DNA from: Terriglobia bacterium
Lineage (GTDB): Bacteria; Acidobacteriota; Terriglobia; Terriglobales; Acidobacteriaceae
Direction: 5' to 3'
NCBI GenBank assembly: GCA_963803655.1
Contig: CAWDNR010000006.1
Coordinates: forward strand, 10,222 to 74,221
DNA: 64,000 nucleotides
Shown: positions 29,669 to 39,538 of the stretch, piece after piece
Position numbering within the stretch: the first letter of the stretch is position 1
How the letters are laid out: every line of letters starts with the position of its first letter
Notes under the pieces: model-generated
The model's input: the letters and a program-made list of their open reading frames with translations, nothing else
Told to the model about the DNA's origin: nothing
Database searches by the model: none
Position numbers and translations under genes: made by a program

Positions 29669-30983
29669 CTACATCGCGCTTTGTGCCGCAGGCTTGTCGA
29701 CAGAAGCTGACTCTCTTTTTGAGGTCAGCGCGATTGCAATACCTGCCGCAAACATGGCAACAACACTCACCATCAGATTCATCTCCCGCAACCAAAACTG
29801 AAGGACCGCGTATACGGGCGTCAAAAACAAAGCCGCGAGAGACGCTAGAAGGATGCGGCGCGCCGGCCCAACGATTTGACCAGCGACGAGTAGTTCCGCG
29901 AGCAGCAGTATAGGAAGCATTAGCACGCTAAGATCATGCACAAGCAAGTGGTAGCTGATAATGATCGTGACTGCCAGGCATAGCGAGAAACCAAGCTCGA
30001 ACTTGTCCCCTGGTTGGACATGCCACCAGCGCACGACCAGCGCCAGGAGCGCGAAAGAAAGCGTGATGATCAGCAGAATTGCTGGCACGCCTGCTACGTG
30101 CAGTGATCCGGCAACCAGGCCACGTAAGTTTGGCATGTCCCGGGGATAAATCCCCGCTTGAGCAGCGCTGCGGTTCAGACGGAGTACAAATCGAGGATAT
30201 GCCATCACACCGTTCCATCCGACCACTGCCGCCGAGACCAAGAGCAACACGAAAGCGGTGAAAGTGAACCCCGCAACTGCTTTCCATCGACGTCTGACCA
30301 ACAGCACAACCACAAAGGGCAGAACCAATTGAAACTTGAAAAGCGCCAGGCCAAGACACAGTCCCGAGACAAAAACGCGTCCCGTCGCCAAGGCGGAGAA
30401 GGCGAGACCATAGAGAAAGAGCAGCAAGATTGAGTCCTGGCCCTGGAGCAATGCAATGATTACAGGGAAAAAAGCAAACATTGCCAGCAGCGGCAGGGCC
30501 GGTAAGAAATGGTGCAAGTTGGGCAGGCATGGGCGAAGCAGAGTCCAGAAGCCCAGAATCAGGGCAATGTTAAATACCGCCCAAACAAGGTACGCCGTCA
30601 ACATATGGTAGGCGGGCCAGGGGCACGAACAATAAAGCTTCGAACGGAGGATGATTAAAAGGGAGAGCATTCTCGCGGTGCTTTACCTCGGGTGCGAAGC
30701 TACGTTGCAATGCGAATTGCGTTTCCAAGTCATAAAGTTGTCGGCCACGACCTTCGTTAACGCATTTGCCCGCGGTGTAAAAAATTGTAAAGTCCGCGTA
30801 GCCAGTCACGATCTCCCGTCGAAGGCTGAAAAACATCCACGCATGCAGGACAATAGTGGCAGCCAGAAAGGTGAGAAGAATGGGTCTGAGCGCTGAGCTA
30901 CCAGGCGCGCGAGGAGCCAAGGACATAGGCGGAGTATAGCGTGACGGGACCCTTGAGCCTGGCGGAGCATTCCTCGGTCCCAC
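29669..30983 (-). pseudogene. DUF2029/GT87-like membrane glycosyltransferase, one frameshift
   Basis: N-terminal piece 30570..30983 (GYADFTIFYTAGKCVNEGRGRQLYD...FNHPPFEALLFVPLA) plus 29669..30670 polytopic body. Confidence 0.5.
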
Positions 30984-31365
30984 TTTGGCCGGTGAGAGTC
31001 GCTATTTGTAGAACAACGGCGTCGTCCGGGGGCCCGGGCTTTCCTCAGCTGTGGAGACTTGTCTGATTGTCAGGACAGGGGCTAACTTTCGCGGAAGTGA
31101 CTGCCGAGTAGCTCGATGACTTCCGCCATTTTCACGCCGGAAAACTCACCTGTTAACCTGGCACGAAGTTCGCTAAAAGGGTTTTGCAGTAAACTAAAGT
31201 TGCATGACGCCTACTCGGGGAACAGGTTCTTAGCGTTGGAACCGATCCAACGGAGGGTTCCTACCACGATCACCAGGAGCACCTCGTTTCGGCGGTAATT
31301 TCGGTCTCGGTAGTCGGCTGGGATGGAGCGGTCGTTTATCCTAGCTACGTCCTGCCCGCGGACAA

Positions 31366-33034
31366 ATGTGCTTCTTCTTGCCGGCCCTGACTATGTCCTT
31401 GCCCGTGACTCTCAGGAGAGTATCCGCTGAGCATCCGAATGCGTCGTTGGGGGGGATGGCGAATCTCTTCCTGGCTAGCGTTGCGACACTCTATTTTGAA
31501 CTGTTGACGATCCGATATCTATCTACTGAGGTGCGGGTCTTCACGAATCTGAAAAACCTACCTCTGATCGCCAGCTTTTTCGGGATCGGAGTTGGCATAA
31601 TTCTGGGGAAACCTGGAAAAAGACTCTCTGCTGTATTTCCCCTGGTAGCATCCGTCTTTTTTTCGATTATTCGTTGTGCTGCCTGGCTGCATCTTCCAAA
31701 CACAGATGTCTCCTGGACTTACGATTTGTCACAAACAGCGGCTTTGGGATCGTTCGGGCGGGTCTGGTACGCGATACGATTTATAGGACTTGTATTTGGC
31801 CTGTGCTCGTTGATTGTGGCTTTCTTTGTCGTACTGGGCGGATTCGTGGGAGAGAGTCTGAAGCATATTGCCGCGCTCAAGGGCTACGGGATTAATCTGG
31901 CGGGCAGCCTGGCCGGTATTCTCTTATTTTCGGCGCTGGCATTCTTCAATTCCGGTCCTGCGATCTGGCTGCTGGTTGGCTTTGCCCTGCTGGTCCCGTT
32001 CTTCCCGAGGGTGACGCCGATCATCCTGTTCTTGCTCGCGATTAGCGTTGTCGCTGTGCCGCAGCGAAACACATTCTGGTCGCCGTATTACAAAATCGAC
32101 TTTGTTCCATCGCCAAGCCCCGACGCGTCGATGAGGGCGCCGCGTACTCTATCGTCACCAATCACGTCTGGTACCAGTTTCTGGTCAACCTTTCACCGGC
32201 ATTTCTCCAGCGCTACCCGAATGCTGAACCAAACCGGTTTCTGGCTCCGTACTACGACCTGCCCTACAGGCTGGTCCCACACCCACGAAACGTGCTGATT
32301 TTAGGGGCAGGCGCAGGAAACGATGTTGCCGCCGCACTTCGCCATGGGGCTCAGCATGTCGACGCCGTGGAACTTGACCCGATTATTCTGCGGCTGGGAC
32401 GCCAATTTCATCCTGAGAATCCCTACAAGTCCCCTAACGTCACTGCACACGTGAACGACGCGCGAGCGTTTCTTAAAACGACGCGAAACAAGTACGATCT
32501 CGTGGTTTTCGCATTTCTCGACTCCACAACTCTGCTCAGCGGGTTTTCCTCGTTGCGCCTGGACAACTACGTTTACACCGTCGAGAGCTTCGGTAATGCC
32601 AGGGACGTTCTTTCTGCTGACGGTACGCTGGTCCTTTCCTTCGCGACCGGCCGTAACTTTGCTACCGATCGCCTGTATAAATCGGTGGCGAAGGCTTTCG
32701 GAGTTGAGCCGGCGGCTTATTTCACGCGATATTGGGTCAACGGAGTACTGCTGGTGGAAGGGCAGGGGCGCACGACGATCATCCCAGAGCTTTTCAATGC
32801 TGGTCCCGAATTGCAGACAAAGCAAAACGTGATTTTAGCTACAGACCATTGGCCTTTCCTGTATCTGGCAGAGATCGCTCGATTCCAACTTCCATCGTTG
32901 TGGTCAGCGCGCTATTTTTGCTGGCGGCATGGGCTCTTCTGCGAAGGCTGTCGGGCGAGGATGCGAGTTCTAATGGGGCTCGTCGACCGGAAACTTGGGA
33001 ACGGCGGAACGGAGGATCCGTTCCATGCTCTTGA
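31366..33034 (+). pseudogene. membrane-anchored spermidine synthase-like methyltransferase, at least 2 frameshifts
   Basis: Polytopic N-domain (31366..32298). NVLILGAGAGNDVAAALRHGAQHVDAVELDP and DLVVFAFLDS SAM-binding motifs (32292 frame, open further upstream). C-terminal TM in the 32732 frame. Confidence 0.6.
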
Positions 33035-33359
33035 GGAATGAAATAGACTCCGAAGAGATGGCGGCGCTCCGTTCGTCGCAGGTGGGGATGAATGTAGTCT
33101 TCCTTGCGGACCCCTTTTTCGGCCCACTCCATGGGAATCTTACGTTACTTGGCGAAGACTTCCCCCAGCTATGGTAATCGTCGGTTCGCTGACGCAAGGC
33201 CTCTTTGCTGATGGTACTCACTTGGTGGATGACGCGAAAAAAGTGGACGATGTTCTCGGGGCGGGCGAGCTAGGGCAGATCGCTAAGGATGACGATGCGA
33301 TCGAAACAGTGATATACCAAGGCCAGCAGGCTGCCAAACAGCTTTGCAAAGGTCTCCAT
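32970..33359 (-). pseudogene. decayed fragment of an unidentified (possibly mobile-element) ORF
   Basis: Minus-strand reading METFAKLFGSLLALVYHCFDRIVILSDLP-stop-LARPENIVHFF...ISKEALRQRTDDYH.. has an in-frame stop and frame changes. It abuts the 3' end of the previous gene. Confidence 0.3.
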
Positions 33360-33443
33360 CGGTTTCTTCCTTTGACTCTTGCGTTGAGAACAAGATCATC
33401 GGACAGAGAACCCCTATCATCCGGATGGAAACAAAGAGTCTGG

Positions 33444-34520
33444 TTAGTTAGGAGAGCTATTTGGAAGTGATGTCTGGCGGGGAGGAAGATTGCGGTGTTT
33501 TAGCCACTCCAGGCTGATGTTCTGGCTTCCCTTGTTCTTCGGCAGTTTATCCAGATCGGGCATGAAGATTTGCAGGCCAGCTTCGGGAGTCATACGGGTG
33601 TAGCCGTTCACCAACTGGTTTTGATAGTTGTTGAGATCCAGATCAAACCACGCATCATCCGAGAGATCCACCATGATGAGATCCACGTGATGCATGGTGA
33701 GTTTTCCGAAGTCGATCGTGCCGTTGTCGAGCCGCAGGAAATTTCTCCATTGTTCGACGCGGGTCACCGCGTCTTCGGGATTTCCGTAAACTTCTTCGAT
33801 ATCCGGGGTGACGACGCGTACTTTGGTCAATTGTCCATGAATATGAGGCGGTGGAAGCAGTTTGAGGGTGTCGAAAAAGATTTCGTTGCCGGAAACTTCA
33901 ACCCCCGGGATGCCCTTGGGCTGGATGAGATCTGAGACGCTGACGTGCAATCCACCGAGAAGTCCCTTGAACGGAATTTTCAGAACGTTGAGTTTTGTGA
34001 TGTGCAGCTGAATTCGGTTGTCGGATGTTGCCGTCACGCTGCCGAGCAATTCCACCGGCAGTGAAATCAGTTTGTGCAGAGTTCCCTTGAGTTTAATTTG
34101 GTCCCCGTCGGCAAGAAGCGTAGTGTTTCTTAATGGCGAGTTTGCCACGCCTCCCGCGTTGAGAAAGTTGCCGATATCTCCGATATTGGCGCGGACCACG
34201 CCGGCTTTGATTTCCATAAAAAAAGACTCAGGATCATCGAACGTCGGATTCACATCGCTGCGAGTGCGCACCATGTTTCCGCGCAGCCAGCGAACGTAGA
34301 TGCGAAAGTCCGGCCCTTTTCGCAGCATCACGTTATGCGCATACACGGCAGTGGGCGCGGACCCAGAAGTGGCAGGAGTCGTGGCCGCGAGGAAAGATGT
34401 ACCCGGCGGAGTGGCCGGGGTTGCAGGACCAGCGGCTGGTGGCGATGATCTGAGATGCCATAACACCAACACCAACAAGCAAGCAGGAACGGCTATAAGA
34501 ACCACGAGGCGAGCACGCAT
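33444..34520 (-). CDS. hypothetical exported protein
   Basis: 358 aa with N-terminal signal/anchor VVLIAVPACLLVLVLW and P/T/A-rich linker. No family recognised. Confidence 0.5.
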   Translation of the reverse strand: MRARLVVLIAVPACLLVLVLWHLRSSPPAAGPATPATPPGTSFLAATTPATSGSAPTAVYAHNVMLRKGPDFRIYVRWLRGNMVRTRSDVNPTFDDPESFFMEIKAGVVRANIGDIGNFLNAGGVANSPLRNTTLLADGDQIKLKGTLHKLISLPVELLGSVTATSDNRIQLHITKLNVLKIPFKGLLGGLHVSVSDLIQPKGIPGVEVSGNEIFFDTLKLLPPPHIHGQLTKVRVVTPDIEEVYGNPEDAVTRVEQWRNFLRLDNGTIDFGKLTMHHVDLIMVDLSDDAWFDLDLNNYQNQLVNGYTRMTPEAGLQIFMPDLDKLPKNKGSQNISLEWLKHRNLPPRQTSLPNSSPN

Positions 34521-34722
34521 ACCGATCTATTCTATGGGAACGCTGGTTTCGTGAAGAATGGCCGACCACCTCGGGATTCACTGCCCCTCCCTAATCTCAT
34601 GCGGTGGCACGCTCTTTGGGTCTTGATTCTTGCTGGCATCACCCTCCGTGGAGAAGGTGCGAACAACAAACCAAGGAAGGGCGCGCCAACCGCCAATTTC
34701 TGGATCATCGGGTATAAAACCC

Positions 34723-34750
34723 TGTAACCCTCGTCCTCTTCGCGCCGTAA
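34723..34750 (+). promoter_or_regulatory. candidate ECF-type promoter (TGTAACC - 16 nt - CGTAA)
   Basis: AAC..N17..CGT spacing about 20 nt upstream of the ECF sigma start, as expected for autoregulated ECF sigma genes. Confidence 0.3.
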
Positions 34751-34771
34751 GCGTATATAGAAGAGGGCGAA

Positions 34772-35311
34772 ATGCCAGTCCTGGAACAGCCATCGGACGT
34801 GCTACGGCAGTTCTGTCACGGCGACCTCGACGCCTTTGAGGCGCTGTTCCGCGGGCATCAGCGTGAGATTTACGGCTGGATCGTTCGCATCGTCCGCGAC
34901 CCGGCCGCCGCCGAAGACCTCACCGTCGAAACCTTCTGGCGCATCCATCGCGCGCATGCCCGCTTCGATCCCATGCGCAGCTTCGGGGCATGGGCGCGCC
35001 GCATCGCCACCAACGCTGCACTCGATCACCTTAAGACCACGCGCCTGCAAGCTGATCTCCCCGACCATCTGTCGTCGCCGACCTTGCCGGACCCGAGCAT
35101 CTCCGAGGAGCTTCGCCGGAAAATTGCGTGTGCGTTCCGCCGGCTTCCGCCTCAGCTGCAGGTCGCGGCTACGCTGGCACTCATCGAAGAGCGGCCTTAC
35201 CAGGAAATTGCCGATGCGCTAGGCGTCTCGACCGGAGCCGTAAAGGTACGCGTCTTCCGCGCTCGCCGTTTTCTCCGAAAAGAACTGAAGCGACAAGGAA
35301 TCGAACCATGA
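34772..35311 (+). CDS. ECF-subfamily RNA polymerase sigma-70 factor
   Basis: 179 aa with region 2 (FEALFRGHQREIYGWIVRIVRDPAAAEDLTVETFWRI) and region 4 (PYQEIADALGVSTGAVKVRVFRARRFL). Confidence 0.85.
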   Translation: MPVLEQPSDVLRQFCHGDLDAFEALFRGHQREIYGWIVRIVRDPAAAEDLTVETFWRIHRAHARFDPMRSFGAWARRIATNAALDHLKTTRLQADLPDHLSSPTLPDPSISEELRRKIACAFRRLPPQLQVAATLALIEERPYQEIADALGVSTGAVKVRVFRARRFLRKELKRQGIEP

Positions 35312-35532
35312 ATGAACACGATCAGAAACGAATCGAGCAATGGCTCAAGACGACTCTGCCGCCGATGGGCGCTGGTGTGGAACTGCGGCACGATCTCTGG
35401 CCGGCCGTGCTGAAGCGCCTCGAAGCGGGTCCGCCCGCAATGCCATGGTTTGATTGGGTCCTGCTCGCGGCTGCGGCAGCCTGGCTTGCATTTTTTCCCG
35501 GAGCGATTCCGGTGTTGTTCTATCACTTGTAA
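35308..35532 (+). CDS. small membrane protein, putative cognate anti-sigma factor
   Basis: ATGA start/stop overlap with the sigma gene. 74 aa with a single C-terminal TM (WVLLAAAAAWLAFFPGAIPVLFY). Confidence 0.45.
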   Translation: MNEHDQKRIEQWLKTTLPPMGAGVELRHDLWPAVLKRLEAGPPAMPWFDWVLLAAAAAWLAFFPGAIPVLFYHL

Positions 35533-35544
35533 TTGGAGGATACG

Positions 35545-35991
35545 ATGAACTCTCACCCTTATCTTCGCGCCTACATGGCCGGCATTGTCGCGCCCAGCCT
35601 CGGTCTGCTGGTCGCGCTGACGGGTTTCATCGTCACACGGCTCGTGCTCCAGGTTCACATTCCCATCGAGCGTGTCATCATTTTCCCAATGGCACTGGTG
35701 CCCAATGCGTTCGGCCTCTGGAACATCATTTACCTATGGTCCCGACCGCATCACCAGCTACCCATCGGTCTCCACGGGGCCCTGCTGCCGGTAATCATGG
35801 TGACGCTGGGAGCAGTCGCCGCCGTGTTTGGCGGATTTCTGACGCTGGGCCAACATGGCGTCACCTGGTTCCAGGCGATCAGCGTCCCCTACGCTCTCAT
35901 TGCGCCCTGGTTCCTGGCAGGCGTAGCGGTCTACTACCTCGTATGGAAATATGTCGTGGGATTTCTCAACCAATTGTTGGGAATAGCTTAA
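35545..35991 (+). CDS. hypothetical polytopic membrane protein
   Basis: ATG 7 nt after GGAGGA. 148 aa with 4 hydrophobic helices. Confidence 0.5.
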   Translation: MNSHPYLRAYMAGIVAPSLGLLVALTGFIVTRLVLQVHIPIERVIIFPMALVPNAFGLWNIIYLWSRPHHQLPIGLHGALLPVIMVTLGAVAAVFGGFLTLGQHGVTWFQAISVPYALIAPWFLAGVAVYYLVWKYVVGFLNQLLGIA

Positions 35992-36024
35992 GGAGTACAA
36001 CTCCCTGTCCGTTTACTCTCAAGC

Positions 36025-36058
36025 GTGCCCCGTCCAAGCTTCGTGTGGGCGGGGTTTT
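36025..36058 (+). terminator. rho-independent terminator-like hairpin
   Basis: GTGCCCCGTCCAAGCTTCGTGTGGGCGGGGTTTT: GC stem CCCCGTCCA/TGGGCGGGG followed by a T run, 34 nt after the stop at 35991. Confidence 0.6.
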
Positions 36059-36299
36059 GCGGCGCACGCAGCTTCGCCATCGGGAAAATTCCATCCCTCG
36101 TTCCTCGTCCGATCCACTGCGAGTTGATTCCACCACAACGTCGAGTATTCCGTGACATAGAACATCCCCGCGCAAACAGAGCTTGAACCGGGTACCCGCG
36201 GCCCTATGCGAGATAGCTGGTTTAAACGCTCTTCCCAAGTTGATTGCCAAGCGTGGCATACTAGCCGGGCTGGAAATCCTGATTTTGCGGAAATACCTC

Positions 36300-36944
36300 A
36301 TGCTGAAACGCATTCTTATCATTTTGCCTCTGCTGCTGGGCAATGCCCTATGGGCGCAGACGGCACAGTCCAGCCCTTCCCAACCCCTCATCATCCTGAT
36401 TGGACCGCCGCTAAGCGGGAAGACTACGCTGGTCGCCTCGATCACACGAACCTACAACGTTCCCAACATTTCGGTCGAGGACCTCATCAAGGACCATGCG
36501 GCCGAACTCGAGCATCTGCGTGGCCAAGGTATGTCCATGGCCGAGATGCGCTATGATCCGGCCATGAGCCGCTACGTGCGGGAGCGCCTGCAGACTGCCG
36601 ATCTCAGCCACGGCATTGCGTTCGACGGTTATCCCGCGACGCTGGTGCAGGCCGAGGACCTCTCCAAGATGATCCCCGACCTGAAGCTCACGCCGATTGC
36701 GTTTCAGCTGCAAGTACCCGACGATGTCATCCGCGAGCGCTCCAAGAAGACCGGGCGAGAGAGCGATAACTCGCAGATTCTGGAGCAACGGATCAAGGAC
36801 TACCATCGCGAGATGGACGCGATTTCTTTCTATTTCCCCAAAGCCAACATCGTGGCCGTGGATGCCAACAAACCCGAGGCCGAGGTGTGGAAGGCAATCC
36901 AGGCTGCGCTGGATAGCGCGGGGATCAAACCGCTGCCAAAGTAG
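36300..36944 (+). CDS. adenylate kinase-like P-loop protein with N-terminal signal peptide
   Basis: MLKRILIILPLLLGNALWAQT signal-like start, P-loop GPPLSGKTT, FDGYPATLVQAEDL (compare LDGFPRT..QA of adenylate kinases). No LID zinc motif. Confidence 0.6.
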   Translation: MLKRILIILPLLLGNALWAQTAQSSPSQPLIILIGPPLSGKTTLVASITRTYNVPNISVEDLIKDHAAELEHLRGQGMSMAEMRYDPAMSRYVRERLQTADLSHGIAFDGYPATLVQAEDLSKMIPDLKLTPIAFQLQVPDDVIRERSKKTGRESDNSQILEQRIKDYHREMDAISFYFPKANIVAVDANKPEAEVWKAIQAALDSAGIKPLPK

Positions 36945-36984
36945 GCCGGTTGGCCGGGCATATCAGATCAATATGTCCTCGAGG

Positions 36985-37072
36985 GTGCTCCGTCCAAGCT
37001 CCGTGTCCAGTCCCATGACATCCGTTGTAAACCATGTCTCGGGACTGGACCCTCCGCTTGGGCGGGGTTTTT
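36985..37072. terminator. terminator-like hairpin of the same family as 36025..36058, split by a 46-bp palindromic insert
   Basis: GTGCTCCGTCCAAGCTCCGTG [insert] ..CCGCTTGGGCGGGGTTTTT, between convergent genes. Confidence 0.5.
37006..37051. mobile_element. miniature palindromic element built from two IS termini (MITE-like)
   Basis: TCCAGTCCCATGACAT..ATGTCTCGGGACTGGA. The reverse complement of the right arm matches 21 of the first 26 nt of the IS-remnant end at 19901 (hand count). Flanked by CTCCGTG / CTCCGCT. Confidence 0.5.
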
Positions 37073-37096
37073 CTTGCGGCACTCGCGCCGTTTTCG

Positions 37097-38458
37097 TCAG
37101 CTGGGCTCGGACGGCGTGCACGCTCGGGCGCGGTCCAGAAGCAACTCGCGTTCGCGGGCATTGCGCGTGAGCGTTGCCGCGCGCTCGAACTCCACGCGGG
37201 CTTCCTCCAACCGGCCGAGCTTTCTGAGGAGGTCGCCGCGCACACTTGGCAACAGATGGTAGTTCTCGAGCGAGGGTTCGGAGGTCAGCGCATCGACCAA
37301 CTCAAGACCTGCCGCTGGACCGAACGCCATCCCCACCGCCACCGCCCGATTCAACTCCACCACCGGTGACGGCGCGATTCGGGCGAGCTCGGCGTAAAGC
37401 CCAACGATGCGCGGCCAATCCGTCTCCTCCGGGGTACGCGCCCGCGCGTGACACGCGGCGATCTCAGCCTGCAGCACGTACGGGCCCCGCACGCCGTCGA
37501 GCTTTGCGGCCCGCAGCTTTTCTGAGCGATCGAGCGCGGCCAAACCGCGACGGATAAGGAGTTGGTCCCAGTGCGCGCGGTTTTGATCGAAGAGCAGGAC
37601 GGGCTCTCCCGATGGGCCCACGCGCGCCCTTGAACGCGATGCCTGGATCTCCATCAGCGCCACCAGTCCGTGCACTTCGGGCTCCCGCGGAGCCAGTTCG
37701 GCCAGGATGCGCCCAAGTCGCAGAGCATCCTCGCACAATGCCGGCCGCAGCCAGTCGTCCCCGGCAGTGGCCGCGTAACCTTCATTGAAGACCAGGTAGA
37801 TGACCGCCAGCACCGATGACAAACGAGCCGCAAGCTCCGCCCCTCGCGGCACCTCGAAGGGAACGCGCGCCTCGGAGAGAGTGCGCTTGGCGCGGACAAT
37901 GCGTTGGGCGACAGTCGGCTCCGGGACCAGGTATGCCCGCGCGATCTCCTCGGTCGTCAGACCTCCGAGCAGGCGCAGCGTGAGCGCAATCCGTGCCTCG
38001 GTCGAGAGCACCGGATGACACGAGATAAACACCAGGCGCAGCAGGTCGTCGCCCACGTCATCGTCGAGAGCTGCCTCGATGTCGGTCATCTGAGCCTCGC
38101 CGTCCCGGACCTCGCGGGCCCCGATCTTCTGCACGACGCCCTCGCGACCGAGTTCCTCATGCTTGCGCTCGAGCCGGGTGTTGCGGCGGAAGTGATCGAT
38201 GGCGCGATGCTTGGCGGCGGCCATCAACCAGGCGCCCGGGTTGTCCGGCACGCCCGACTCCGGCCACTGTTCAAGCGCCGCGACGAGAGCATCCTGGGCC
38301 AGGTCCTCGGCCACGCCGACGTCGCGCACGATCCGGGTCAGGCCGGCGATGAGTCTCGGCGACTCCATTCTCCAGACAGCGTCGATTGCGCGATGTGTCT
38401 CGGTAGCGGGCACTGCCTCGATCACACCATCTTTAGGCCTGCCAGCGCAACCCGGCAC
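37097..38458 (-). CDS. ECF-type sigma-70 factor with long C-terminal (TPR-like) extension
   Basis: 453 aa. Region 2 EDLAQDALVAALEQW..AWLMAAAKHRAIDHFRR, region 4 TTEEIARAYLVPEPTVAQRIVRAKRTL, then about 230 aa of helical extension. Confidence 0.8.
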   Translation of the reverse strand: MPGCAGRPKDGVIEAVPATETHRAIDAVWRMESPRLIAGLTRIVRDVGVAEDLAQDALVAALEQWPESGVPDNPGAWLMAAAKHRAIDHFRRNTRLERKHEELGREGVVQKIGAREVRDGEAQMTDIEAALDDDVGDDLLRLVFISCHPVLSTEARIALTLRLLGGLTTEEIARAYLVPEPTVAQRIVRAKRTLSEARVPFEVPRGAELAARLSSVLAVIYLVFNEGYAATAGDDWLRPALCEDALRLGRILAELAPREPEVHGLVALMEIQASRSRARVGPSGEPVLLFDQNRAHWDQLLIRRGLAALDRSEKLRAAKLDGVRGPYVLQAEIAACHARARTPEETDWPRIVGLYAELARIAPSPVVELNRAVAVGMAFGPAAGLELVDALTSEPSLENYHLLPSVRGDLLRKLGRLEEARVEFERAATLTRNARERELLLDRARACTPSEPS

Positions 38459-38553
38459 GATTCAGTTCATCAAAGACGAGTGCCCCACCCTCTTGCGCGT
38501 AGCTTGCGAAAAGGGTGGGTGCCGCTGACTATCGTTGGGCGCGGACGAGTCAA

Positions 38554-38603
38554 GAGCCCACCCTTTTCCCAAAGAACACGAAAACAGGATGTGGCACCCG
38601 GCT
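38554..38603. repeat. REP-like imperfect hairpin (CCCACCCT..CCAAAGAAC.. family) directly after a YCII gene
   Basis: GAGCCCACCCTTTTCCCAAAGAACACGAAAACAGGATGTGGCACCCGGCTC. Related copies at 38480..38523 and 40087..40126. Confidence 0.5.
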
Positions 38604-38604
38604 C

Positions 38605-38988
38605 CTATGCCTTAGGAGCGCAGTCAGCGAAGTCTTCCGGCCCGAACATCTGACGGACTTCGGTCTCGCCTTCCCAGCCCGGCCAGTGTTTCTTGTGCAG
38701 TTCCATGAAGGTGATCGCCGACTTGACCGCTTCCTCCTTCGATTTCAGCTCAAATTGCGCATAGCCGCCGACCACTTCCTTAGCTTCTGTGAAAGGCCCA
38801 TCGGTCACGGTCACCTGCCCCCCGGAAAGTCGGACGCGGGCGCCCAGCGCGGTTGGCCCGAGCCCACCGCTACCGAGCATCGTGCCGGCCTTGGCCGCTT
38901 CTTCGGCAAGCTTCGCAATGGCATCCATAAGTTGCTTGGGCGGAGGGCCCTGCTGCTCGCCGTGTTTGACGATCATCATGAATCGCAT
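38605..38988 (-). CDS. YCII-related (DGPF) domain protein, paralog 1
   Basis: 127 aa. MRFMMIVKH...VTDGPFTEAKEVVGGYAQFELKSKEEAV. Confidence 0.75.
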   Translation of the reverse strand: MRFMMIVKHGEQQGPPPKQLMDAIAKLAEEAAKAGTMLGSGGLGPTALGARVRLSGGQVTVTDGPFTEAKEVVGGYAQFELKSKEEAVKSAITFMELHKKHWPGWEGETEVRQMFGPEDFADCAPKA

Positions 38989-39064
38989 GGTTAGATCTCC
39001 TTTATTAGGGTTGGTTGGGAGCCGAGTTTCCGGACGATTTCAATCAGCCGAACCTGGGCTCTAT

Positions 39065-39538
39065 CTACGCGTCGAACGAGGGGCAACGAAATCGACAGGC
39101 AGCGTCTTTATTTTGAAAAAATTTTTCCTGAAAATACTTGTTAGCTGCCGGCAATTCTTTAACTCTATCCGTGAGCGCCTCCCGCAACAATACCGTTCCC
39201 ACGATGACGAGAAGCAGGGGCCAGAAGGATGCCAGCATCTGAAGCAAACCGTCCAAAAAGCCCTGGTGATCCAGAGCATAGGCCTGCGCAGCGTGTGAGG
39301 CCGCCAGCGCGACGGAGGGGAGCAGGCCGAGCGCTTCTCCGGCGGGAATGCCGACGAGGTGTCTCAACTGGGTTGCATCCCCGGTCAGATTCCCGGAAAG
39401 AATATGAAGCCCCAGCCCGACCAGAACTCCTCCCGCGATTGATCTCAGGCCCTCTGCGCTGTTGTCCTGTCTTGTCATGTCCGCCTCCCGAACTGCTCTT
39501 TCCTTGCTTCTACTGGTATGTCGAACGAGAAGAGGCAA
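39065..39538 (-). CDS. hypothetical membrane protein
   Basis: 157-aa ORF with two or three hydrophobic helices. No family recognised. Confidence 0.4.
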   Translation of the reverse strand: MPLLVRHTSRSKERAVREADMTRQDNSAEGLRSIAGGVLVGLGLHILSGNLTGDATQLRHLVGIPAGEALGLLPSVALAASHAAQAYALDHQGFLDGLLQMLASFWPLLLVIVGTVLLREALTDRVKELPAANKYFQEKFFQNKDAACRFRCPSFDA

